Positions 10,001 to 19,780 of a stretch of 64,000 nt of DNA are shown here, one piece after another (the first letter of the stretch is position 1; each line of letters begins with the position of its first letter). This DNA comes from an uncultured Candidatus Saccharibacteria bacterium (GTDB lineage Bacteria; Patescibacteriota; Minisyncoccia; UBA6257; WO2-44-18). Made by a program: the position numbers and the translations under genes. The notes under the pieces are model-generated. The model was not told the origin of the DNA. It ran no database searches and saw nothing but the letters and a program-made list of their open reading frames with translations. The DNA is taken from NCBI GenBank assembly GCA_964361795.1, contig CAYIBZ010000002.1, positions 9,362 through 73,361 on the forward strand. Direction: 5' to 3'.

Positions 10001-10678
10001 TCAAGAAATCAGCTTCTCAACCCGTTCCAGATCGCTCGGGTTAGTAATATCACCGATAAAGTTCTGAATTTTAACCGGGTAAACTTTATGATCTTTCACG
10101 AATTGATGCAGAAGGGACGTAAAATAATATTCGCCTTTCTGGTTTGACAATGGTGAATAATTGAAAATATCGCTATTTAAAACCATAATGCCGTCAACTG
10201 CGATATTAGATTTGGGGGTCTCCGGTTTTTCTATGACCTCTTCGATCGTCCCATCCAGTCGCAGGGTAACCATGCCGTGAGCGCGCGGATTATGAGATTC
10301 GAAAGTCGCTACACTAAGCTCTTCTTTCAAACAATTTTTAAAATCTTCTTTTTTGGGCAATTCATCGCCATAAACAAATAAAAATCTCTCGCCCGCCTTA
10401 ATAAAAGGCTTGGCCGCTAAAAAACTGTAAGCATTTCCTTGATCAGAGCCCTCGGCAAATATTATTTTTTTACCGTTAAATTCACTGCCCAAAAACTGCC
10501 TGATCTGATCGCCAAGATATTTAACAACCACAATGACCTCGTCCACTTCCAGCGGCAAAGCGTCAATAACGTATTCAATAACAGGCTTATTATTTACTTT
10601 TAAAAGCGGCTTAGGCGTATTTGCGGTGAGGGTTTTCATCCTCTCTCCTTTGCCGGCCGCCAGAATAATCACTTTCAT
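10001..10678 (-). CDS. sugar- or polyol-phosphate nucleotidyltransferase (NTP_transferase family, TarI/IspD/RmlA-like)
   Basis: N-terminal MKVIILAAGKGERMK signature G-x-G-x-R motif. 225 aa, a size more typical of cytidylyltransferases of the IspD/TarI type. Confidence 0.55.
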   Translation of the reverse strand: MKVIILAAGKGERMKTLTANTPKPLLKVNNKPVIEYVIDALPLEVDEVIVVVKYLGDQIRQFLGSEFNGKKIIFAEGSDQGNAYSFLAAKPFIKAGERFLFVYGDELPKKEDFKNCLKEELSVATFESHNPRAHGMVTLRLDGTIEEVIEKPETPKSNIAVDGIMVLNSDIFNYSPLSNQKGEYYFTSLLHQFVKDHKVYPVKIQNFIGDITNPSDLERVEKLIS

Positions 10679-11988
10679 GCGAGCTCATTTTTAATTATTT
10701 GTTCCAATAAATCAACGTTTCGCTTGTAGGAAAAACCGTCCCTGAAGGGGAAATAAATAGCGGCCAACTTTTTTCTTTTTTCGGCGTCTTTATCCGGGTT
10801 ATCCAAATACTCATTGATCGCCTCGGCCAGCTCCAGCTTGCCGTTGTTGATTAGCTGGACGGCTTTGGCTTCTACTAAGGGAAAGTAGTGATTTAGCTCA
10901 AAACTTTTTAAACTCGGCTCGTAATAATTGATTACGGGCTTATCGAAGAGCATTGCTTCCAGAGAAATAGTTGAAGAATAATTAATATTCAAATCTGAAT
11001 ATGAGATTAAATATTTCAAATTTACTAGATCGTCGTCAGATAACATTTTTTCTGGTCGATCCAAATAAACATCTTTGATGTCGGAAAATTTTTTATAACG
11101 ATTCGGAGATGCCAACGGATGGACACGAATCAGAATATTAGTATAAGGAATCTTGCTTTCATCACGAAGATCGATCAACTGATGAATGAAAGCTTCTTCA
11201 AAAAAATGATTTTTTTGCGTAGTATACAAAATGGTTTTATATTTCGGATTTAGATTTTTGCTTCTTAAAAAATTTCCCCTAGTGATGGCTTTTTCTTCTT
11301 TCGTCACATAATAGTCATAGCGCATTGGACCGCTCACAAATACACGGTCCGGCAGAAAATTATGAATACGAATGGCCTCTTGGCGCATCGGTTCATGCCA
11401 AGCTATTAAATATTTAGTCGGTCGAACTCTTGTTGATCGAGTTGTTAGATTATCCCAGCCGCAATTAACAGCCACCGTAGGTATGCCAGCCTTGTTAGAT
11501 AATAGAATCGCCTCGGCCTCGAAATTATTTAGCCCCGGAGTTGATGTTAAAACCAAATCTGGTTTATATTGCTTCGTATAATTCAAAAATTCTGGCAATC
11601 CTTTGACTAAAAAACTTTCGATTTTGTATAAAAACCGGCTGGTGATCAACCAACCGAACGGAGCTGAAATAATTCGTAATAAAGTTTTACTACCGTCTTG
11701 ACCTCTACGATTTCTAAGATGTCTGGTAGTTGTCAAATGATCAAATTCCCGAGTGCAAGAAAACCGCAGGAATTTCATTATGTCCAGTAACTTCTGATTT
11801 CTAATCTGCCAACGAATATAGGAAATGTTGGAATGTTTTCGATAACCAAAATCAGACGCCGTTTCGTCGTTGGCGTGATTAGTGAAAACTACTACTTTGA
11901 ACTTGGAAGCCAGATAAGATAAGTACTGCGTTTTAAGTAAATCTCCAATAAAAGTCGGCTTGTCAACGAATAAAAATACGGTTTTCAT
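10675..11988 (-). CDS. TagB/TagF-like CDP-alcohol (glycerol/ribitol-phosphate) phosphotransferase family protein, paralog 1 of 4
   Basis: About 440 aa GT-B-like. Conserved segments shared with three paralogs in the window (VFVSGPMRYDYY, ILYTTQ, IRVHPL). Resembles Glyphos_transf family motifs; assignment is tentative. Confidence 0.45.
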   Translation of the reverse strand: MKTVFLFVDKPTFIGDLLKTQYLSYLASKFKVVVFTNHANDETASDFGYRKHSNISYIRWQIRNQKLLDIMKFLRFSCTREFDHLTTTRHLRNRRGQDGSKTLLRIISAPFGWLITSRFLYKIESFLVKGLPEFLNYTKQYKPDLVLTSTPGLNNFEAEAILLSNKAGIPTVAVNCGWDNLTTRSTRVRPTKYLIAWHEPMRQEAIRIHNFLPDRVFVSGPMRYDYYVTKEEKAITRGNFLRSKNLNPKYKTILYTTQKNHFFEEAFIHQLIDLRDESKIPYTNILIRVHPLASPNRYKKFSDIKDVYLDRPEKMLSDDDLVNLKYLISYSDLNINYSSTISLEAMLFDKPVINYYEPSLKSFELNHYFPLVEAKAVQLINNGKLELAEAINEYLDNPDKDAEKRKKLAAIYFPFRDGFSYKRNVDLLEQIIKNELA

Positions 11989-12029
11989 TTAATTAACTAT
12001 ACAACTATATTATCAGATGCCTCGTTTCA

Positions 12030-12053
12030 ATAAAAAATCCCCGTTAAACGGGG
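12030..12053 (-). terminator. intrinsic terminator hairpin CCCCGTT-TAA-AACGGGG overlapping the stop codon of 12044..13030, followed by T-tract on the minus strand
   Basis: Perfect 7-bp GC-rich stem at 12039-12053. Plus-strand A-run 12031-12038 reads TTTTTTA on the minus strand. Confidence 0.5.
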
Positions 12054-13030
12054 ACTGGAAGTTTCTTCAACCAACTCTGATGGCAAGTGCTTAGAACTTT
12101 TACAACCTCGAATCCTTCGGAGAAACCCGTTTCCACTGGCTTACCTTCTATGATAGCGTAAAAAAATTCATTCAACTCTTCCTCAATCGCATCCACAAAT
12201 GCAATCTCCATTAACATTGGTTTAGATGGCGTCTTTGCCCAATCTCGTCCAATTCGTAAAAATAAAGAATCGCGGTTCAGGTAAATGACTCCATCGGTTC
12301 CAGAGATGATGCAATATTTTTCACTCGGAACATTGTAGTTAGCTTGCAAAAATACGGCCGCTCCGTTTGCTAATCGCGCCAAGACAGCGTTGCAATCCGG
12401 CGCCTCTGTTTTGTCAGACAAGTTTTCGATCATGGCGTAAACAGATTCGATGCGTCCAAAGAGATAATGGATCGTATCAATACAATGGCTTCCCAGGGTA
12501 ATCAACGGTCCATCTTTATGTCTCGCCGCGCTAAAACGCCAATCGCCAGGCTTAGTATTGTAAGCGCCGCCATGAGAAAAATTAAAATTAACATTGACTA
12601 ATTTACCGATAACATTATCATCCAACAGCGCCTTTATACGCCGGAAACCTGCTTCCCGTCTTTGGTTGTGGCCAACCATGAAAACTTTTTTATTAGCTAC
12701 GGCCAACTCTCGCAAAACTAATGCTTGCGAAAAATCGTCTACCATCGGCTTTTCCACAAAAATGTGGTGGCGTCCAAGTTGCAATAAACGCCGCAACAAA
12801 CCGAAATGCTGATCGTTTGGAGTCGCGATTATGAATGCTTCAATATCGGGATCATTGCAAACTGCCGAAAGATCCGATAATCCCAATGGGCCATAAAATT
12901 GTGCTTTCTTTTGATCAGGATGATATAAATATTTAACATGCCAACGATTCAGTTTCTGAAGATAACTGTAAATATGTTTGCCAAAATTACCAAAACCAGC
13001 TAAACAAATACCGATTTTTTTATCACCCAT
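12044..13030 (-). CDS. Gfo/Idh/MocA family oxidoreductase
   Basis: KIGICLAGFGNFGK Rossmann motif and EKP motif (FVEKPM). Confidence 0.65.
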   Translation of the reverse strand: MGDKKIGICLAGFGNFGKHIYSYLQKLNRWHVKYLYHPDQKKAQFYGPLGLSDLSAVCNDPDIEAFIIATPNDQHFGLLRRLLQLGRHHIFVEKPMVDDFSQALVLRELAVANKKVFMVGHNQRREAGFRRIKALLDDNVIGKLVNVNFNFSHGGAYNTKPGDWRFSAARHKDGPLITLGSHCIDTIHYLFGRIESVYAMIENLSDKTEAPDCNAVLARLANGAAVFLQANYNVPSEKYCIISGTDGVIYLNRDSLFLRIGRDWAKTPSKPMLMEIAFVDAIEEELNEFFYAIIEGKPVETGFSEGFEVVKVLSTCHQSWLKKLPVPV

Positions 13031-13042
13031 GATGCCCTCAAT

Positions 13043-14338
13043 CTAGTAACCAGTGCAACCATTGCAGGGATAACAAGTATTTTTCTTGCCATTTAGATGA
13101 GCAATGCGAATCTTCATCATCTTAGGACCTTTCCAAATATTATACAGAGATTCTTGGTAAGCGTTCCCTACTCGCAAAAAGCTCAGATAATCATCTTCGC
13201 ATGGATTAACGGTACCGTCACACCAAATGTAAAGCCGGTCAAACAAAACTTTGCATTGGGTCATAGGACACAGATTTTTATGACTCTTATCGGCATTCAA
13301 CTGATAAATACTGCCTGATTGTTCGCCACGGGCATTTTTTGCGGTAAATTCATCAACTAGCGGCTCCCAAAGTTTCCGAGCCGCTTCCGGATCTTGGCTT
13401 TCCTGGAAAAGTGTCATCGAAATTCTAGAACGAACAGTTGTATTAGGAAATTCCCGCTCTCTTATTTCGTTAAACATTTTAATGTTGGAGATCACTTTTT
13501 CAAAACTTGCGCCGATTCTAATTGCTTCAAAACCTTCTTTATCAGACGCATCTACTGAAAAAACCACCGTTAGGGGCGCGCCGATCGATAGCCACTCTCG
13601 TACCATTTTCTCCGACATTGTCATTGCGTTAGTATTAAACTTAATGTCTAAGATCCCTTTTTGATGGGCATAGCGCAACATCTCGGTAAAATGTCGATTC
13701 AAAGTTGGTTCACCGCGGCCAGCGAATACCACCGCACAAAGATTGTGCTGAGCCGCCTCATCAATCAGTTTGACGTATAAATCCCAATCCATAGCTTTTT
13801 TTGGAGATGCCTTAATTTCCTTTTGTAAAACCGGATCAGATTGGTAACACATCGTACACATCAAATTGCAGGCTAAGGCCGATTCAATGTAAAGAACCAT
13901 TGGGAAATCGGCTACTTTGTATTCCTTTGGATAAGTTTTTATCTTGTAACGGTAAACTAAATAGCGTAGGGCTTGAACCGGATCAACCGCTAAATGATTC
14001 AGTGCTACTTCTACTTCGCTAAGAGCTAAAGAAAATCCTTGAGTATCACGACCCGCTTCATCGCAACTGGAAAAATCATAGTTTTTTAAATAAGACATAA
14101 TTGCCAACAAGATAGCCGCCTCAGGATGGATTCGATTCTCAAGCTCGTCCTTAATAGCCGCAATTAAACGGTCAACGGTTTCCTGGCTGACAACAATAGA
14201 ATAACGATTTACTCGATGATGGACGCCTCCATGACTCTGAGACCAATCAAAAATTTCTATCGCCCGTTTATCGTGTTCGGCCAAGACGCGCTCTCTCGAT
14301 TCGCTGATCACTTTCCCATTCGGAATGCCGTTAGTCAT
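13043..14338 (-). CDS. radical SAM protein with C-terminal SPASM-like Cys cluster and 150-aa N-terminal extension
   Basis: CNLMCTMC = CxxxCxxC radical SAM motif. C-terminal Cys-rich region CPMTQC...WCDGTVNPC...CYPCNGCTGY is consistent with SPASM/twitch auxiliary clusters. Confidence 0.7.
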   Translation of the reverse strand: MTNGIPNGKVISESRERVLAEHDKRAIEIFDWSQSHGGVHHRVNRYSIVVSQETVDRLIAAIKDELENRIHPEAAILLAIMSYLKNYDFSSCDEAGRDTQGFSLALSEVEVALNHLAVDPVQALRYLVYRYKIKTYPKEYKVADFPMVLYIESALACNLMCTMCYQSDPVLQKEIKASPKKAMDWDLYVKLIDEAAQHNLCAVVFAGRGEPTLNRHFTEMLRYAHQKGILDIKFNTNAMTMSEKMVREWLSIGAPLTVVFSVDASDKEGFEAIRIGASFEKVISNIKMFNEIREREFPNTTVRSRISMTLFQESQDPEAARKLWEPLVDEFTAKNARGEQSGSIYQLNADKSHKNLCPMTQCKVLFDRLYIWCDGTVNPCEDDYLSFLRVGNAYQESLYNIWKGPKMMKIRIAHLNGKKNTCYPCNGCTGY

Positions 14339-14430
14339 TATTCACCTCATTCAAAGATCTGACCCAATGATACTAAGAAAAAACCCTATTGTCTAGACAG
14401 TTGCAATGTTTCAACGTCTTGAAAACGATT

Positions 14431-14496
14431 TTGAAAAAAATGGCTTAATGCGCTAATATATCTCACAGGCTCTTTGACAATGTTTTGATAGGGGAA
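14431..14496 (+). promoter_or_regulatory. sigma70-like promoter (-35 TTGAAA 14431-14436, 17-nt spacer, -10 TAATAT 14454-14459) and Shine-Dalgarno AGGGGAA (14490-14496) for the B12-radical-SAM gene
   Basis: Consensus-like hexamers with ideal spacing in the 162-nt divergent intergenic region. SD lies 5 nt upstream of the ATG at 14501. Confidence 0.4.
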
Positions 14497-14500
14497 ACTG

Positions 14501-16561
14501 ATGGACAAAAAAATCACCTACGTCGGCGATCTTACGCATACTCGACAAACTGTGGCGCTCAACACAATGCCATTTCCCGTCGGATGCCTGATTAGTTATG
14601 CGAAAAAATTCGAACCGATCAATCAGGCCTATGAGTTTAAAATCTTCAAATATCCGACAAAACTCTCAGAATCGCTGTTGACGCGGCTTCCAGACATTGT
14701 CTGCTTCAGCAATTATTGCTGGAATTTTGACCTTAGTTATCAGTTCGCCGAACGGATTAAAAAGAACCGTCCAAAAGTCATCGTCATATTGGGCGGACCG
14801 AATTATCCTACAGATCAGTCGGAACAACAAGAATTCTTTTTAAAACATCCGGCAATTGACTTTTACGCCTATAAGGAAAGTGAAATTGCATTCTCCGAAC
14901 TCTTATTGAAACTGGTGGAAAACGAATTTAACGTTGAAGCGGTCAAACGCATCAATCCACGCGGCTGCCACTTTCTTCTTAATGGTCAGATAGTTTCCAG
15001 CGAGCCGGCGGAACGAATCCGTAATCTTGATGAAATCCCATCACCGTATCTTACTGGTTTAATGGATGAATTTTTCGATCCAGTCTTAATTCCTATCATC
15101 CAAACTAACCGTGGTTGCCCTTTCGCCTGTACCTTCTGCGTGGAAGGTCTAAATTACTATAGCAAGGTAAACAAACGTTCAGTGGACGTAGTATATAAAG
15201 AACTGTGCTATATAGCGGAACGACTGGCGCCGGCGGTGCACGATCTTCATATCACCGATTCTAATTTCGGAATGTATAAAGAAGATGAGGCTATCGGCGA
15301 GGCTATTGCCAAAGTTCAGGAAAAATACGGCTGGCCGCTTTATATCCATGTAGCGACTGGCAAAAATCAAAAAGAGCGTGTGCTGAAAGTGGCAAAGACT
15401 ATTAACGGCGCACTGCGTTTAGCCGGCTCCGTTCAATCTCTAACCGAAAAAGTTCTGGAAAACATTAAACGGAATAATATTTCAGCCAGTGGGTTGATGG
15501 AATTGGCAAAAAAGGCCAATGAACTGGGGGCTAACTCTTATTCGGAGATCATTACCTGTTTGCCGGGAGAAACAAGAGAAAGCCATTTTCGAACCATCGA
15601 AACTGTGGTGAATGCTGGGTTTAAATGGGTGCGCATCTATCAGTTGATGATGCTGATGGGCGTGGAAATGTCCGATTTAGCTACTCGTGAAAAGTTCGGA
15701 ATGAAAACCAAATTCCGGATTTTGCCGCGCTGTTTTGGCGATTATGATTTCCAAAACCAGGATCCGATCCTCAGCGGAGAAATAGAAGAAATCTGTGTTG
15801 CCACAAACGATATTACTTTTGAAGAATACCTGGAGAGCCGGCTCTTTCATCTAGCCGTAGAAATTTTCTATAGCGATAGTATTTCCGCGGAACTGGTGGA
15901 ATTTCTCAAACTCAATGGAATTTCCGTTTATCAATGGCTGAAATTCATCCACGACCATCGCGATACCTTCCCGGAAGAAATTAAAAAGCTCTATCAGCAA
16001 TTTTATCAGGAAACCAGAAGCGAACTTTGGGATTCCAAAGAATCATTGGAAAGATTTGTTCGAGATCGTGAGGTAATTAAAAAATATGTTTCCGGAGAAT
16101 ATGGTAGTAATCTGATCTTCAAATACAAAGCGCTAGCAATGACTAAGCACTTTACCGATATTAATTCAGTTGGCTTTGAAGCAGCGCGAAGCCTCCTTTT
16201 CGAAGTCAAACCAGAAGCATTTAAATGCTATGCCAAGTATCTGACCGACCTCCAACGCTACACTGATTGCCGAAAAACTGATATCTTCAATACTCAGCTA
16301 AGCTTTACCGAAAAATTTGATTATGATTTTAAAGAATTGGAGCGCAAAGGATTCGCCATATTGCCCGATGAAACCCTCCGTCCTGCCGGAATCCTGCTGC
16401 AATTTGCCTGCACTAATTGGCAAATGAAGATCGTTGATGATGGCTTCCGGCAATACGGAACAACAACTATTGGAATCAGTCGAATGCTCAGTAAAGTCTT
16501 CGTTGCTAAACTTTATAGAGAAGTAAGTTATGCACAGCCTAACGAATTGTTGCACCGATAA
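14501..16561 (+). CDS. B12-binding domain radical SAM protein (class B radical SAM methylase-like)
   Basis: N-terminal B12-binding-like region followed by GCPFACTFC (CxxxCxxC). 686 aa. Divergently oriented to the SPASM radical SAM gene. Confidence 0.7.
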   Translation: MDKKITYVGDLTHTRQTVALNTMPFPVGCLISYAKKFEPINQAYEFKIFKYPTKLSESLLTRLPDIVCFSNYCWNFDLSYQFAERIKKNRPKVIVILGGPNYPTDQSEQQEFFLKHPAIDFYAYKESEIAFSELLLKLVENEFNVEAVKRINPRGCHFLLNGQIVSSEPAERIRNLDEIPSPYLTGLMDEFFDPVLIPIIQTNRGCPFACTFCVEGLNYYSKVNKRSVDVVYKELCYIAERLAPAVHDLHITDSNFGMYKEDEAIGEAIAKVQEKYGWPLYIHVATGKNQKERVLKVAKTINGALRLAGSVQSLTEKVLENIKRNNISASGLMELAKKANELGANSYSEIITCLPGETRESHFRTIETVVNAGFKWVRIYQLMMLMGVEMSDLATREKFGMKTKFRILPRCFGDYDFQNQDPILSGEIEEICVATNDITFEEYLESRLFHLAVEIFYSDSISAELVEFLKLNGISVYQWLKFIHDHRDTFPEEIKKLYQQFYQETRSELWDSKESLERFVRDREVIKKYVSGEYGSNLIFKYKALAMTKHFTDINSVGFEAARSLLFEVKPEAFKCYAKYLTDLQRYTDCRKTDIFNTQLSFTEKFDYDFKELERKGFAILPDETLRPAGILLQFACTNWQMKIVDDGFRQYGTTTIGISRMLSKVFVAKLYREVSYAQPNELLHR

Positions 16562-16569
16562 AAAAATTA

Positions 16570-16594
16570 AGCCCCTTCCTTGGGGCTATTTTTA
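16570..16594. terminator. bidirectional intrinsic terminator AGCCCC-TTCCTT-GGGGCT flanked by A-run (5') and T-run (3')
   Basis: 6-bp GC stem at 16570-16587. ATTTTTA follows on plus and AAAAAA precedes. Lies between convergent genes 14501..16561 (+) and 16599..17501 (-). Confidence 0.6.
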
Positions 16595-16598
16595 TAGT

Positions 16599-17501
16599 TT
16601 AATTAAACTCTAAGAGATCATTCGCGTCGTAACGAGGAATAAAAAATTTGCTATCTTGAGCTGTAATCGAACGCCGATCAATAGTAACTGCGTATCGAAA
16701 ACCAGCTCTATCTAATAGTTCGACGGCTTCCGCCGCATAACGACCATGCGGATAGGAAAAAACATCTACTTCTTTTCTTAAAAGATCGTCCAATTTTTTT
16801 TTAGAATTCCGTAAATCAATTAACGCGTCATTCATGGACAATAGCTCAAAAGAATTATGGTTATGTGAATGGCTGCCAATTGCCATACCTTGGGAAGCCA
16901 ACTTTTTAACCTCATTAGAATTCATAAACAAAATCCGGCATAAATTATTTTCGTCTAAATTGAATTTTTTAAAATAAAAATCTAAAAATTTCTCCCTAAC
17001 GGCATCTGGCAAAATAATCATCGTCTCTTTAAAATTATTTGTCAGCATATCTCCATGTTTACGACGAAAATCGATGCTATGATCTTTCGGAATCGCATAG
17101 CTTTCGCCCGCCCAATTATTAAAAAGATCGATTAATTCTTCTGGGGAGGAACGAGAAAATAGCACGTGGAGTTTATGAGTCAGTGACACCTTAAATTCAA
17201 AAGTAGAGGTGATAATAAAAAAAGTCCCGGTAGCGCTATATTTTTTCAAAATCGGCAAGGCATTTTCGAAATTATCTTTGAAACCGTCATCAAAGGTAAG
17301 CGCACAAAACTTACCATCTACCCCGTTTTTAGCCGCTTCATAAACCTCTGAAACAGAAACAATTTTAAAATTTTCCGATAACAATTTTATCTGCCGGTCA
17401 AATTCGGCAATTGGGCAGGGATGAATACCTAACCAATCAGGACTGGGGTCACGAACATAGTGATAATTGACCACTATATATCGGTCGTTTAAAGCCGGCA
17501 T
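16599..17501 (-). CDS. polysaccharide deacetylase (NodB-homology domain)
   Basis: LTFDDGFKDN motif (TFDDG) and downstream His motifs (HSHNH). Confidence 0.65.
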   Translation of the reverse strand: MPALNDRYIVVNYHYVRDPSPDWLGIHPCPIAEFDRQIKLLSENFKIVSVSEVYEAAKNGVDGKFCALTFDDGFKDNFENALPILKKYSATGTFFIITSTFEFKVSLTHKLHVLFSRSSPEELIDLFNNWAGESYAIPKDHSIDFRRKHGDMLTNNFKETMIILPDAVREKFLDFYFKKFNLDENNLCRILFMNSNEVKKLASQGMAIGSHSHNHNSFELLSMNDALIDLRNSKKKLDDLLRKEVDVFSYPHGRYAAEAVELLDRAGFRYAVTIDRRSITAQDSKFFIPRYDANDLLEFN

Positions 17502-18820
17502 TTTTCAATTAAATCTACGCTTCTTCTATAAGATTGTCCATCGGTGAATTCAGCATAATTATGGACAACCCACTCTCTTGCCTCACTATCCAACGAGGGA
17601 TTCTCTAAGTACATATTAATAAATTTCGGCAAGTCGGCATCTTCTTTGGCCAATCTTATCGCTCCGCTTTGGAAAATCGGCCGGTAATGCTCAAAGTCAT
17701 AGGCTAGAGCAAATCGGTCAATGAATCCAATATTAATAATCGGCTTGTTAAACACGCAGGCCTCAATGGAAATAGTTGATGCATAATTAATATTCAAATC
17801 AGTGTATTCTAAAGAACGTTTCAAATTAAATAAATCGTCAATATTCATTTCTGTCTCGCCATCAAAATTTTTTCCGGCTCTTTCTATGCAAAGGTCTGGA
17901 ACATTAAAAAATTCCTGATAGTTTTCGTAGATGTCTAAGGGGTGAATCCTGATAAAAAAGTTTACATATGGAATTTTTCTAGCGTCACGCAATGAAATCA
18001 AATCACGAATATATTTTTTTTGAAAAGGGTAGGCCTTAGTAACCGTAGTGTGGAAAATGGTTTTATAATCTGGGTTGAGTCCCTTAGATTTAAGAAAAGT
18101 GTCCCGGCCGGGATTATTTTTATCCTCAATAAAATAAGGATCAAAACGAGGCGCTCCGGATACAAAAACCTTATCCGGGGAATACTTATGAATCGTCTCT
18201 GCTTCTTTTTTCATAATCGTATTCCAGGCAATCAAAAAATCCGTTTTTCTAATGTGTTTAGCGTTAGTGGTGAGGTTGTCCCAACTAAAATCTACAGCCA
18301 CTGTGGTTAACTTCAATCTTTTGGCGAATGTAATTAATTCAGCTTCCCAAGAATCAAAACCGGGAGTGGAAACAATTAAATGGTCAGGATGGTATTGGTT
18401 TGCCAATTCAAAAAAGCTTTTAGACTTAGGCAACAACCAAGATTCAAGTTTCGTGAAAAAATTTGCGGTTAAAAATCGAGAAAACGGACGACCAAAAAAG
18501 CGTAAAATTCTCCGTTTCCTGTTCTTTAAATAATTGGGACGCTTATACCAATGTTGCAGTGACCTCAGATAATCAAATTCGTTCACTAAGCTGATTCTTA
18601 GAAGTTTAAAAAAAATCCAAAAATTAGGATTCTCCAAATTTTTGCGAACATAAACAATTGTGGGCGTTTTGTAGTAATTCAAATGAGTCGCCGCTTCAGG
18701 GTCTAAAAAGGGCGCGAGAACCACTACTCGATATTTTTGAGAAAGATATTTTAAGTATTCGGTCCTAAGAAGATCTCCGCTGGCAACAAAATTAGGGATC
18801 GCTAAAAAAACTGTTTTCAT
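17489..18820 (-). CDS. TagB/TagF-like CDP-alcohol phosphotransferase family protein, paralog 2 of 4
   Basis: Collinear with 10675..11988 (MKTVFL..., VFVSGAPRFDPYF, IFHTT, IRIHPL). Confidence 0.45.
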   Translation of the reverse strand: MKTVFLAIPNFVASGDLLRTEYLKYLSQKYRVVVLAPFLDPEAATHLNYYKTPTIVYVRKNLENPNFWIFFKLLRISLVNEFDYLRSLQHWYKRPNYLKNRKRRILRFFGRPFSRFLTANFFTKLESWLLPKSKSFFELANQYHPDHLIVSTPGFDSWEAELITFAKRLKLTTVAVDFSWDNLTTNAKHIRKTDFLIAWNTIMKKEAETIHKYSPDKVFVSGAPRFDPYFIEDKNNPGRDTFLKSKGLNPDYKTIFHTTVTKAYPFQKKYIRDLISLRDARKIPYVNFFIRIHPLDIYENYQEFFNVPDLCIERAGKNFDGETEMNIDDLFNLKRSLEYTDLNINYASTISIEACVFNKPIINIGFIDRFALAYDFEHYRPIFQSGAIRLAKEDADLPKFINMYLENPSLDSEAREWVVHNYAEFTDGQSYRRSVDLIEKCRL

Positions 18821-19776
18821 TTAAACAAATTCTTAATTTCTCTAGCCACCAGGCTGGCTATATAAATTTGCGTTCTTTCAGTGGCTTCTTGAGTAGCTCC
18901 TCCTAGGTGGGGCACAATAAGCAAATTTTCGTAATTTTTTGCGTGTGTCACTAGGGGATTTTTTAATAAATGACCGCCATCGGGTGATTCGTCAGATAGC
19001 GTATCGACAGCGGCGCCGGCAATCCATTTATTGCGCAAAGCTTTCAAGAGCGCATTTTCATCTGTTATCTCCCCGCGAGCAGTGTTAATAAATATTGATC
19101 CCGATTTCATCATCCTAAAATGTTTATCACCTAACAACTTATAAGTTGTATCATTATAAATTGCGTGCAAAGAAACAATATCAGACTTTTTTAATAAATT
19201 CTCCAATGTTTCTTTCTTAACCCCGCAATAATTCATTTCTGTTCCGCCAATAAAAGGGTCGTAAGCAACAACCTTCATGCCAAAAGCAAAACTATAATGA
19301 GCAACCATTTTCCCTAATCGGCCAAAGCCAATCAGGCCAATGGTTTTCCCTTGTAATTCCTTACCGCCGTATTTTTTCCTTTCCCATTCGCCTCTTTTTA
19401 TTGAATCAAAAGCCCAGGAAATTCTGCGCAACAACGATAAGATTAAAGCCATAGTCTCCTCGGCGGTTGAAAAAGTTTTCTGGAGCGTAGTGGAATTAGC
19501 TTTTATATTCACTACTTTGATGCCGCGTCGGCGGCATTCTTCCAAATCAATATAGCGCAATTGAGTGGTGCGGGTACCAACTAATCGCAAGCATTTCGCC
19601 AGATCTAAAATTGTTTTATCCAACTTTACTTCTAATGCCGTAACAATAACATCAGCTTTGGGTAAATTTCTAAGAAAAGTTTCACTGGATTGAAAATCAA
19701 TCACATGCCCCAATTTAGTAAGAACTTTCTTGGCTTTTTCACTAAAGTCCTTCTCGGCAATTAAAATGTTCGGCAT
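18817..19776 (-). CDS. D-isomer-specific 2-hydroxyacid dehydrogenase (NAD-binding)
   Basis: GKTIGLIGFGRLGKMVA NAD-binding motif. 319 aa, typical PGDH/GyaR-like fold signature. Confidence 0.7.
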   Translation of the reverse strand: MPNILIAEKDFSEKAKKVLTKLGHVIDFQSSETFLRNLPKADVIVTALEVKLDKTILDLAKCLRLVGTRTTQLRYIDLEECRRRGIKVVNIKANSTTLQKTFSTAEETMALILSLLRRISWAFDSIKRGEWERKKYGGKELQGKTIGLIGFGRLGKMVAHYSFAFGMKVVAYDPFIGGTEMNYCGVKKETLENLLKKSDIVSLHAIYNDTTYKLLGDKHFRMMKSGSIFINTARGEITDENALLKALRNKWIAGAAVDTLSDESPDGGHLLKNPLVTHAKNYENLLIVPHLGGATQEATERTQIYIASLVAREIKNLFK

Positions 19777-19780
19777 ATTT

